A stretch of DNA of 64,000 nt from an uncultured Planctomycetota bacterium (GTDB taxonomy: Bacteria > Planctomycetota > UBA11346). The position numbers and the translations under genes were made by a program. How positions within the stretch are numbered: position 1 is the first letter of the stretch; every line of letters begins with the position of its first letter. This document shows, piece by piece, positions 48,788-57,461 of the stretch. Where the stretch lies: contig CAIUVD010000326.1 of the NCBI GenBank assembly GCA_903902515.1, forward strand, positions 2,350-66,349. The letters are read 5' to 3'. A model generated the notes under the pieces. The model searched no databases, was not told the DNA's origin, and saw only the letters and a program-made list of their open reading frames with translations.

Positions 48788-49657
48788 ATGCGCCACGCTG
48801 GTATCGATGAAGCAGGCTATGGCCCCCTCCTCGGGCCGTTGGTGGTGGCCTCCACCGCCGCCGAGACCGATGACTGGGCGGCTTTCACATCCGCACTCCT
48901 CGCCCACGGCGTGCGAGACAGCAAATCCATCCACAAAACCGGCTCGCTCCTGCCCCTGGCTCGGGTGGTGGTCCCCGGGGTGCAATGGCTGACGGGCTTT
49001 CCCATCGAGACGGCCGCCGATTTGTTCGCGGTTCTCGGCGAAAAACCCGAGGACCGGGCCAATCTTCCGTGGCTGGCCGGGGCCGAGGAACTGCTCCTGC
49101 CCGATCTCCCGCCCTGGGACGATCTCCCGGCCATCCCCCGGGGCTGCGCCGGACACCTCGTGCAACCGAGCGTCTACAACGCGGAACGACGGGCGGGAAT
49201 CAACAAAGCGGATCTTGAATGGCGGCGGGTCGGGGACCTCTTGAGCCGGGTGGATGGGCGACCCCAGGACACGGTGGTCGACCGCCTCGGCGGCCGTCGC
49301 TATTACGCCGACCTCCTCAAGCTCCAATTTCCCGGCCTCCCGGTTACGATCCTGGAGGAAGCGAACCATCTCAGCCGCTACGATATCGCCGGTCACGCGG
49401 TGTCCTTTGCGGTCGGTGGCGAATCCGTCAGTCCCCTGACGGCCCTGGCCAGCTGCATCGCCAAGTACAGCCGCGAACTCCAGATGGAGTTGCTAAACCG
49501 CTTTTGGTGCGGAAAGCTGCCGTGGCTCAAACCCACCGCCGGATACCCGCAGGATGCCCGGCGCTGGCTGTACCAGGTCGGCCAAGGCCTGGCCGGGGGA
49601 TGGCGGGATGAGCTGGTACGTAACGATGGTGAGGATCTTCCATGGACACCCCCCTAA
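48788..49657 (+). CDS. divergent RNase HII-like protein
   Basis: GIDEAGYGPLLGPLVV and C-terminal ALASCIAKYSRE match RNase HII catalytic segments; long atypical middle region. Confidence 0.4.
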   Translation: MRHAGIDEAGYGPLLGPLVVASTAAETDDWAAFTSALLAHGVRDSKSIHKTGSLLPLARVVVPGVQWLTGFPIETAADLFAVLGEKPEDRANLPWLAGAEELLLPDLPPWDDLPAIPRGCAGHLVQPSVYNAERRAGINKADLEWRRVGDLLSRVDGRPQDTVVDRLGGRRYYADLLKLQFPGLPVTILEEANHLSRYDIAGHAVSFAVGGESVSPLTALASCIAKYSRELQMELLNRFWCGKLPWLKPTAGYPQDARRWLYQVGQGLAGGWRDELVRNDGEDLPWTPP

Positions 49658-49950
49658 CCCGTGACGCCCTGGCGAAAGCCCTCACGCAACTCCCCGGGTG
49701 GGCCCACGAGGACCACGCCCTGGTGGTGCGGTGGGTCTTCCCCTCCTTCGGCGCGGTCCTGGATTATCAGGCCGATGCCCGGGAGCCGATCGAATTGGCG
49801 GATCACCACCCGACGTGGTCCAACACCTACAACCGGCTGGAGATCCGCCTGACGACCCACAGCGCCGGCAATCGGGTGACCAGCAAGGACGTCGAACTTG
49901 CGAAAACCCTGACCTGGCTGGCGCAACATCACTTGGCCCGGGTGGCCTGA
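49642..49950 (+). CDS. 4a-hydroxytetrahydrobiopterin dehydratase (PCD/DCoH)
   Basis: LPGW..., EPIELADHHPTWSNTYNRLEIRLTTHSAG family signature. Confidence 0.85.
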   Translation: MDTPLTRDALAKALTQLPGWAHEDHALVVRWVFPSFGAVLDYQADAREPIELADHHPTWSNTYNRLEIRLTTHSAGNRVTSKDVELAKTLTWLAQHHLARVA

Positions 49951-50006
49951 CCCGCGCATCGCGTTCAGGGCATCACCCGGGCCCGCGTCCCATGAAGGCG
50001 GCGCCT

Positions 50007-51596
50007 TCACCCCGACGATGACGGCGTCGTGATTCCGTGACTGGCTCCCACGGCCCGGCGACGGTCAAGGAAGGGGACGCCGAAGAAATCTCGGGAACCC
50101 CGTTGCGGCAGATACCAGTTCGATAGCCCGATGGTCATAAACACCGAGGGCGACTGAATCCTAAAATAGGGCATAAGATCCGGATTCGCCAGCGAGATTG
50201 GACGCGTAGCTCCAATCGGGGGGATAGAGAGTCTGCCCGCTTGAATGTCCTGATAATCCAAGGGAATGGCCTGATTGCCCTGCAAGAAACCGCCCGGCGA
50301 TGACGTAGCCCAAGCCCGGCTCGGATCCTGCAAAATCACGAGATTATCGAGGACCATTACCGAATAATCCTCGAACTTCGCGCCCCGGTCGGTCGTCTTC
50401 AGAATAATCCCACGGCTGGTCGGATAGCGGCCGAAAACGGTGTTATTGTAAATCCGTATCTGCTTGTTGCTGTTCGCATTTTGGCCACTGACGGCAATGC
50501 CGCCCGTCGTGCCCGACAACGCATCGTTGTCCGAAATATTATAGCGCACGATATGCCCACTATTGCTGAAGCCTCGATTGGTATAAATGAGGAATCCTGC
50601 ACCCTGATTATCGAAGGAATAATTGTACTGAAGAATGCAGTTCGTGGTTCCTTGGTCCAGGTCAAACCCTCCGCCATCCTGATTGTTCCGACTCCGGTTG
50701 TTGCGCGATACGCAATGCTGGATGGTGATGCCATCCGATGAGGCGGCCCAAATTCCCACCGGACCACCATCGCCCGCATTCCCCATCAAGGCTCCATTCC
50801 GCTGGGCAAGACAGCCATCAATCCTGGATCGACTGGTATTCTCCAAAAGGATTCCATTGCCACTGTGAGAGGTCGTGCGGTAGGGATCGCCTTGATTATC
50901 CTCGACCACCGAATTTCTGATCAGGATGTCGTAGGTATATCCGGCATTCGGGATTTGACGTGTTGGACTATTTCCCTGGGTGTGCACGCCCGCATATCCA
51001 TTTCCCGACGCCGTGACACGGTCCACGGTGATGGCGTTACTGCCATTCAGGTGAATCCCATTTCCGCGGAATCCTCGCACCGTGACGTTGCGAATCGTGG
51101 AATTACTCAACCAATTCCCATAGATCCCATCCGGGTAAGACACGGGGGTCACCGAGCCCGCCGATGACCGGGGAAGCGTAGGATTCCAGGCGCCGATCAC
51201 CTCCAGATTTTGCAGGATGATCCCTTGGCTACGCTGGAGCTGGATCCCATAGGTGGTGCCCGGAAGCACACGGAGGGTCGCACGGGCCGCGGTGGAGCTG
51301 GTCGTCGTATAAGAGTCAATCGTGATGCCATTTTTACGATCGAGCAACAATCCCTTCAGGCTTGGATCAATATCAAATGTATCTCCTGCCCTGAATAAAA
51401 TTTTGTCGCCACTCCGCAAAGAACCCATGGCCTGATTCATCTTCGCCACGGTTCTCCACGGCGATTGAGCACTCTTTCCCGTGGCAGTGAGATCGTTCCC
51501 CAATCTACTTACATAGTAATCCTGTGCGGATGCTGTCGCACAGCCTCCGACCAACAGCATGAGGTTGAAGAGCAGCTGATGTTTACGCATGGCCAT
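50007..51596 (-). CDS. secreted right-handed parallel beta-helix repeat protein (pectate-lyase fold)
   Basis: Signal peptide/lipobox-like MAMRKHQLLFNLMLLVGGCATASA; repeated NxxGxxxG / IRNVTVRG beta-helix rungs; GC lower than flanks. Confidence 0.65.
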   Translation of the reverse strand: MAMRKHQLLFNLMLLVGGCATASAQDYYVSRLGNDLTATGKSAQSPWRTVAKMNQAMGSLRSGDKILFRAGDTFDIDPSLKGLLLDRKNGITIDSYTTTSSTAARATLRVLPGTTYGIQLQRSQGIILQNLEVIGAWNPTLPRSSAGSVTPVSYPDGIYGNWLSNSTIRNVTVRGFRGNGIHLNGSNAITVDRVTASGNGYAGVHTQGNSPTRQIPNAGYTYDILIRNSVVEDNQGDPYRTTSHSGNGILLENTSRSRIDGCLAQRNGALMGNAGDGGPVGIWAASSDGITIQHCVSRNNRSRNNQDGGGFDLDQGTTNCILQYNYSFDNQGAGFLIYTNRGFSNSGHIVRYNISDNDALSGTTGGIAVSGQNANSNKQIRIYNNTVFGRYPTSRGIILKTTDRGAKFEDYSVMVLDNLVILQDPSRAWATSSPGGFLQGNQAIPLDYQDIQAGRLSIPPIGATRPISLANPDLMPYFRIQSPSVFMTIGLSNWYLPQRGSRDFFGVPFLDRRRAVGASHGITTPSSSG

Positions 51597-51977
51597 GGAG
51601 TTTCCTTTTGAGGTCATCCAGAGGAGGCAGGCAGCGCCGGAAGGCACATCTACTTTACTTGAATCAGTTGCATCATTCCATGCCTACCGTGGAAATCCCC
51701 TATCCATTTTGGAATGCGCCGTTGATCGCCCACCAGGGGGCCATGCAAATCGGCCCTCCTCCTGGCTCAATGGCGCGAACATCTGGTGATCAATACAAGA
51801 TAGGTCCATAGAACGACCAACGTGCGCAAACGCATCCGTGGTAAAACGGATCACCATCACCGAGCCACCTGACCAACTCCCGAGAACCCGAACGCACCTC
51901 CACGACGCGATACGAACGATTTCCAACGCACGCCGAGCCTTCCCGCCTCGTAAGCCGCCGTATGCTGCCACGCCCCC

Positions 51978-52823
51978 ATGCTCACCACCCTGCTCATCAC
52001 CAATGATCCCGAGGTCGCGCGGTTCGTCGTGACCCATGGGGTCGGCCGCATCATGGTCGACACCGAGATCACCGGCAAAGCGGAGCGGCAAGCCGGCAAG
52101 AACATGATTCTGTCAGACCACACCATCGAGGATGTGGGCCGGATCCGGACAGCGGTGCCGGCGGCAGACCTGCTGCTGCGGGTCAATCCCTTCCACGCCG
52201 GAACCGCCGAGGAAATCCGCCGGGGCGCCGCCCAGGGAGCAAACCTCGTCATGCTGCCGATGGTCCGCCATCCGGCCGAAGTGGCCGCCGCCGGCCTGGT
52301 GGCCCAGGAATGCGGCATTGGCCTCGTCCCTTTGGTGGAAACCGCCGCTGCCATGACCCGCTTCGAGCGCATCATCGGCTGCCCAGGCGTGAAGGAGGTC
52401 TACGTCGGCCTCAATGACCTGCATCTGGAACTGGGCTGCGATTTCCTGTTCGAGCCGGTTGCCGGCGGCCTGATCGACCACCTGGCGGGCATCGCCCGGC
52501 GGGCCGGCATCCCCTGGGGCTTCGGCGGCCTGGCCACCCTCGGCTCCGGCCTGGTCCCCGGCGAACTGGTCCTGGCCGAGCATGCCCGCCTGGGATCGAC
52601 CAGAGTGATCCTCTCCCGCGCCTTCACCCGCCACGCCAAAACCCTCCCGGACCTCCGGGCCGCCATCGACCTGCCCGCCGAGGTCGCCAAGGTTCACGCC
52701 GCCTGGCGGAACCTGACGGCCACCTCCCCCGCGGTCCTCGCCGAGCGCCACCGGGAACTCCAGGCCACGGTGGCCCAGATCGTCGACACCAAGCGTCCGA
52801 CCACCGAGTCCCCCCCATGCTGA
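51978..52823 (+). CDS. HpcH/HpaI aldolase / citrate-lyase-beta-like family protein
   Basis: TIM-barrel aldolase family pattern (MLPMVRHPAEV, VYVGLNDLHLELG). Confidence 0.55.
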   Translation: MLTTLLITNDPEVARFVVTHGVGRIMVDTEITGKAERQAGKNMILSDHTIEDVGRIRTAVPAADLLLRVNPFHAGTAEEIRRGAAQGANLVMLPMVRHPAEVAAAGLVAQECGIGLVPLVETAAAMTRFERIIGCPGVKEVYVGLNDLHLELGCDFLFEPVAGGLIDHLAGIARRAGIPWGFGGLATLGSGLVPGELVLAEHARLGSTRVILSRAFTRHAKTLPDLRAAIDLPAEVAKVHAAWRNLTATSPAVLAERHRELQATVAQIVDTKRPTTESPPC

Positions 52824-53392
52824 AACGGACCATCGACCTGGTCGTCTCGGGCAGCGCTCTCGTGGTGTTGGCCCTGCCCCTCATGTCGATTGCGGCGGTG
52901 ATTTCCGCAACCTCCCCCGGTGGGGCGATCTTCCGTCAGATCCGAGTCGCCCGGGGCGGCGGCACCTTCACCATCTGGAAATTCCGCAGCATGCGGGCCG
53001 ACGCCCCCAGCATGGGCCCCCACTTCACCGCCGCCGGCGATCCCCGCATTACCCCCGTCGGGCGCTTCCTGCGCAAGACCAGCCTCGATGAACTGCCCCA
53101 GTTGATAAATGTCTTTCTCGGCGACATGAGCCTGGTCGGGCCCCGGCCCAACGTCCCCCGCCAGCGCAACGAATACACCCAGGAGGAGTGGGACGCCCGC
53201 AACGCCGTCCGCCCCGGCATTACCGGCCTAGCCCAGGCGACCCTGCGCTCCGCTGCGACCCAGGAACAGCGCACCGCCCTCGACCTGGAATACGCCCGGC
53301 CCCGGGGTGAATTCGCCCGGGTCGCCTTCGACCTGCGGATCATCGCCATGACGGTCCGCCAAGTGCTGACCAAAGGTGGGAATGCGGGCTAG
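52817..53392 (+). CDS. bacterial sugar transferase (undecaprenyl-phosphate hexose-1-phosphate transferase, WbaP C-domain type)
   Basis: N-terminal TM then IWKFRSMR, DELPQLINV, GDMSLVGPRP motifs. Confidence 0.85.
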   Translation: MLKRTIDLVVSGSALVVLALPLMSIAAVISATSPGGAIFRQIRVARGGGTFTIWKFRSMRADAPSMGPHFTAAGDPRITPVGRFLRKTSLDELPQLINVFLGDMSLVGPRPNVPRQRNEYTQEEWDARNAVRPGITGLAQATLRSAATQEQRTALDLEYARPRGEFARVAFDLRIIAMTVRQVLTKGGNAG

Positions 53393-53641
53393 TAATGGTC
53401 CATATTACGGAGCAGAATGTCTTACAGGGTTCACTCAGCCAACCCCAGATGATCTGGCCAGCAGGAGGGCATCGGCGATAGCATGAACCGGGTCGCTGTC
53501 TCAGGCCTGGGGGCGACGGTCAGCGCCATTGCAGGATTTTTCCCGTTTGTGCTCAACCTCCGTCTACACCCCACCCCGCCGCCTTACCTCATGAAACCGC
53601 CCGCAAATGCACAGGCGTTGCGACTCCAGGGCGTAGCCCAT

Positions 53642-53757
53642 CTATGGGCCCTCATCGGATGGCGATTCATGCACAAACCGCCCGGCAATCACCCGCTCGT
53701 CAGGTAGGTGGATTTCCGCAACCTCTTCCAGGTAGGCGAGGCGCGGGCAGTAGGTCA
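53642..53757 (-). pseudogene. fragment: N-terminal ~35 aa of a Cas4/PD-(D/E)XK-type nuclease (YCPRLAYLEEV...GRFVHE), then stop
   Basis: Translated by hand from the minus strand; only the last ~40 codons of ORF 53642..54241 look protein-like. Confidence 0.25.
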
Positions 53758-53858
53758 CGGCATGGAGGGCGCTGACCCGGGTCAGCGTTCTGGGGGGGCA
53801 CCGTTGCCGGTGATGGAACGTCTGTGAACATGATGACGACACCCTGGGGTTTTCGGTC

Positions 53859-54179
53859 ATGTCATCCGCACCACGCACGACCGCCCTGACCATCCGCCAA
53901 CTGCCGCTCGCCACCGTCCGCAGCCTCAGGTCCCGGGCCAAGGAACACCACCGCAGCCTGGAAACCGAGATCCGCGACATCCTGATCCGCGAAGCCGCCC
54001 AGCCGAGCATGCCGGAATGGCGGGCCCAGGCAGAGCGCCTGCGCCAGGAGGTCACACCCTGGCAACCGGGCATGCTGACCGCCGTCGATCTGGTGGGCGA
54101 AGGCCGAGACGAGGATCGCCGAATGGAGTTCAATGGAGCCGCAGGAATGAACCTGCGGAAACCAATGCCGTTGAAATAA
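53859..54179 (+). CDS. orphan VapB/FitA-like ribbon-helix-helix antitoxin (no PIN toxin follows)
   Basis: LTIRQLPLATVRSLRSRAKEHHRSLETEIRDILIREAA matches FitA-type RHH antitoxins; ORF runs ~25 aa past typical length; no PIN ORF downstream. Confidence 0.55.
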   Translation: MSSAPRTTALTIRQLPLATVRSLRSRAKEHHRSLETEIRDILIREAAQPSMPEWRAQAERLRQEVTPWQPGMLTAVDLVGEGRDEDRRMEFNGAAGMNLRKPMPLK

Positions 54180-54542
54180 GCCACCTCCCGCTGCCTTTTC
54201 CTGGCTTTCCCCACGTCATCCCCAGATGCGCCAGCGTCCATGCATGCTCCTGCATAGGCAAAGACACTCGTGAGGTCGACAGATCCGCCCCCAGCGGCGG
54301 GCGAGGGCGAGCATTCGACGATGGAGAATGTCGAGCAGGCATCTGGGGACCTTTGTGCCCCGGCTGGTTGCCAGGAGTTCAGACAGACGGTCGCCGAGGG
54401 CTGCCCGGTTATGTCGTCGTGTTCGCGGATCGTCTGGGTAGGGTCTTTGGTCCTTCGGTAGGAGGTCGATGGCGACCTCCTCGGTGAGGCTCTCCAGCAG
54501 GAACATCAGCATGAGGGTGTCGATCTCCTCCTAAATACGTTG

Positions 54543-54743
54543 TGGCGTAGTGCCGTCGAAATCCTCGCACTCGCAGCGGATCTTGAGATCGCGAAAAGCA
54601 TTCTCGATGCCCCAGTGGCGGCGATAGACGGCGAACAGGTCGTCCGGGGTGACGTGTTCACGGTCCATGAGGTTGGTCACGAGAACCCGATCGGTCCCAT
54701 TGTGGTCGCGGCGGCGGACGAGGCCCAGCCCTCAACGGTATCC
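54543..54743 (-). pseudogene. IS4-family DDE transposase remnant (C-terminal ~66 aa only)
   Basis: Hand translation of minus strand: ...VLVTNLMDREHVTPDDLFAVYRRHWGIENAFRDLKIRCE... (Y-R-E-K C-terminal signature); stop immediately upstream, no N-terminal part. Confidence 0.6.
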
Positions 54744-54833
54744 GCATAAGCTAATAGCATAGTTTACTGACTGCCTTTTCAGGCCCTTGCCAGGAGACTT
54801 CGCATCGGAGCATGCTGCGATGGGAATCGTACG

Positions 54834-57461
54834 ATGACAAAGAATCCCAGGTCGATCGGCGCCCGTCTAGAGACGCCCTGGGGTAAATTGCAGCGACAGG
54901 ACCCCCAGGATCGCACCAGCCCAGTCATGGCCTGGCACCCCCTGCAGGATCATTGCGCCGATGTCGCAGCGTGCCTGGTGGCCCTCCTCGGAAGCGCCGC
55001 ACAGCCGACCGCCATGCGCCAGCGTCTTGCCGCCCTCGGGCACCAAGACCACCTCGACGACCAGCAAGTTGCGCGTCTTGGGGTGCTAGCGTTCCTGCAC
55101 GACATCGGCAAGGCGAATCGCGGATTCCAGGCCAAAGCCTTCGTCGAGGCCTCCCGGGATGCCGGCCATATTGCCGAAGTCATGGTCCTGCTGTGTCGTG
55201 GGGACCCACCCCTAATGAACGCCCTGGACTTCCCTTCAGACTGGTCAAAGGGAGACGGCACGATGGAACTGCTGGCGGCCGCCATCAGCCACCATGGCCG
55301 GCCAGCGGACCAGCCGCAGACCTTGCCCCACCCGGACACGGTGGCCCGCTGGTGGGCCCCGGGGTCCGACGGCGACCCGATGGCCACCATTCAGTCCCTG
55401 GTTGCCGCCACCCGGCGCTGGTTGCCCCAGGCTTGGGAATCCGGTGGCCGACCGCTGCCCACTACGCCGGGCTTTCAGCATGGTTTCTGCGGGCTCGTGC
55501 AACTCGCCGATTGGCTAGGGTCAGACACCGATTTCTTCCCCTACAGCCAGCCCGGCGAAGACCGCTGGCCCCGAGCCGTCGAAGCGGCGACTGCCGCCAT
55601 GGCCGCCACCGGTCTGGTAGCCACCGCCGCCCACGCGGCCCTGGCCGTGGATCCCCCCTTTTCCGCCATCAGCGATTTCCGCCCGCATCCCCTCCAAGCG
55701 GCCGTCGGTCGCCTGATACCAGCGGCGGGCCCCTCCTTGACCTTGATCGAAGAGGAGACCGGCGGCGGCAAAACCGAGGCGGCCCTCTGGCATTTCGCCC
55801 GGCTGTTCGCCGCTGGCCTGGTCGATGGGCTCTATTTCGCCCTACCAACCCGCACCGCTGCCACCCAAGTCCATCGCCGGGTCACCGAGGCCATCGCCCG
55901 CAGCTTTCCTACCAGCCCGCCAACCGTCATCCTGGCCGTCCCGGGCTACCTCCGCGTCGATGGGGCCGAAGGTCGGCCCCTGCCGGCGTTCGAGGTCTTG
56001 TGGAATGACGACCCGACCAAGGTTGACCGCCACCGCCGCTGGGCAGCGGAACACCCCAAACGGTTCCTCGCCGGAACCGTCGTCGTTGGCACCATTGATC
56101 AGGCGCTGTTGGCGGCTTTGGCCGTCGATCACGCCCACCTCCGTTCCGCCTGCCTGCTCCGGCACCTGCTGGTCGTCGATGAGGTCCACGCTTCGGACGC
56201 CTACATGAACCGCCTGCTGACGGCGCTCCTAGAACGCACCCGGGCCGCCGGGGGGCATGCGCTGCTGATGTCCGCCACCCTTGGGTCCGTGGCCCGCAAT
56301 GCCTTCCTCGGCTCCTGGGGCCACCCCACCACGACCAGCCCCGCCGAGGCCCAGGCCATCCCCTACCCCACCCTGTGGGCGGTCGGCGCTCCACCCCAGG
56401 TGGTGGAGCGTACCGGCCGGGACCGGCGGGTGACCCTGACCACGCTGGAGGCCGATGATCCGGCCGTCATCGCCCGTCGGGCCCAGGCAGCCGCCCAGGC
56501 CGGTGCCCGGGTACTGATCATCCGCAACACCCGGGCGGATTGCCTCGCCACCCAGGCCGCCCTGGAATCCACCGTGGCGCCGGACCTCTTGTGGCGGGTG
56601 GCTAGCCCAACCGGTCTCCTGCCCGTGCCCCATCACGCCCGCTATGCCCGCGAAGACCGAACCTACCTCGATGCCGGGATCGAAGCCGCCTTCGGCAAGC
56701 ACGCCGAGCGTCACGGCGGCCTGATCGCCTGCGCCACCCAGACCATCCAACAGGCCCTCGACCTGGATGCCGACCTCCTCATCACGGACTTGGCCCCGGT
56801 CGATGTGCTCCTGCAACGCCTCGGCCGCCTGCACCGCCATGCCCGGCCCCGGCCCACCGGCTTTACCGACGCCCAAGCCGTGATCCTCAGTCCCCCCGAT
56901 TCCCTGGCCACCTGGCTGGGTAACCCCCGCCGGGGGCCCCATGGCTGGGGCACCGTGTACCAGGACCTACGGATCCTGGAGGCCACCCGCCGGCTGGTGG
57001 CGGAAGGCACCTGGGCGATCCCCCAGGACAATCGCCGGTTGGTGGAACAGGCCACCCATCCCGATCTCCTGGCGGTACTCACCATCGATGATCCTCGCTG
57101 GGCTACCCACGGTTACGACCAACAAGGCCGCCTCTATGCCCTGAAGGATCGCGCCCGCCTGGGCCTGCTGCCCTGGCATCGTACCTTTGGCGAGCCGGAA
57201 GTCCTTTTCCCTCGTGAAGCGATGGATGGGGAACTGAAGACCCGGTTGGGGGAAAATGATCGGCGCATCGTCCTTCCCACGCCCTGGTCATCCGCCCTGG
57301 GGCAGACCATCCGCGAACTGACCGTGCCGGGCTGGTGGTGCGCTGACCTGCCCCCAGACGCCCCCGTTCGCGTTACACGCAACGAAAGTTGCGCGCAGAT
57401 CCAATTTGGGCCCCTACGCTTTTCCTATGACCGCCTTGGCCTACGCCGTGAGGAGACCTGA
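54834..57461 (+). CDS. cas3: CRISPR-associated helicase/nuclease Cas3 (type I-E; HD + SF2 helicase)
   Basis: HD motifs (HPLQDHCADVAA, LAFLHDIGKANRGFQ), Walker A EEETGGGKTEAAL, DExH LVVDEVHASD. Confidence 0.95.
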   Translation: MTKNPRSIGARLETPWGKLQRQDPQDRTSPVMAWHPLQDHCADVAACLVALLGSAAQPTAMRQRLAALGHQDHLDDQQVARLGVLAFLHDIGKANRGFQAKAFVEASRDAGHIAEVMVLLCRGDPPLMNALDFPSDWSKGDGTMELLAAAISHHGRPADQPQTLPHPDTVARWWAPGSDGDPMATIQSLVAATRRWLPQAWESGGRPLPTTPGFQHGFCGLVQLADWLGSDTDFFPYSQPGEDRWPRAVEAATAAMAATGLVATAAHAALAVDPPFSAISDFRPHPLQAAVGRLIPAAGPSLTLIEEETGGGKTEAALWHFARLFAAGLVDGLYFALPTRTAATQVHRRVTEAIARSFPTSPPTVILAVPGYLRVDGAEGRPLPAFEVLWNDDPTKVDRHRRWAAEHPKRFLAGTVVVGTIDQALLAALAVDHAHLRSACLLRHLLVVDEVHASDAYMNRLLTALLERTRAAGGHALLMSATLGSVARNAFLGSWGHPTTTSPAEAQAIPYPTLWAVGAPPQVVERTGRDRRVTLTTLEADDPAVIARRAQAAAQAGARVLIIRNTRADCLATQAALESTVAPDLLWRVASPTGLLPVPHHARYAREDRTYLDAGIEAAFGKHAERHGGLIACATQTIQQALDLDADLLITDLAPVDVLLQRLGRLHRHARPRPTGFTDAQAVILSPPDSLATWLGNPRRGPHGWGTVYQDLRILEATRRLVAEGTWAIPQDNRRLVEQATHPDLLAVLTIDDPRWATHGYDQQGRLYALKDRARLGLLPWHRTFGEPEVLFPREAMDGELKTRLGENDRRIVLPTPWSSALGQTIRELTVPGWWCADLPPDAPVRVTRNESCAQIQFGPLRFSYDRLGLRREET

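Noticed and set aside
54216-54512. 98-aa minus-strand ORF (MLMFLLESLTEEVAIDLLPKDQRPYPDD...) directly after the transposase remnant stop
   Set aside because: It follows a GAGGAG RBS-like sequence, but the product has no recognisable similarity. Probably non-coding remnant sequence. Left unannotated.
53400-54833. Possible CRISPR array upstream of cas3
   Set aside because: Scanned for regularly spaced 28-29-nt repeats there and throughout the window and found none. The array is presumably downstream of cas2, outside the window.
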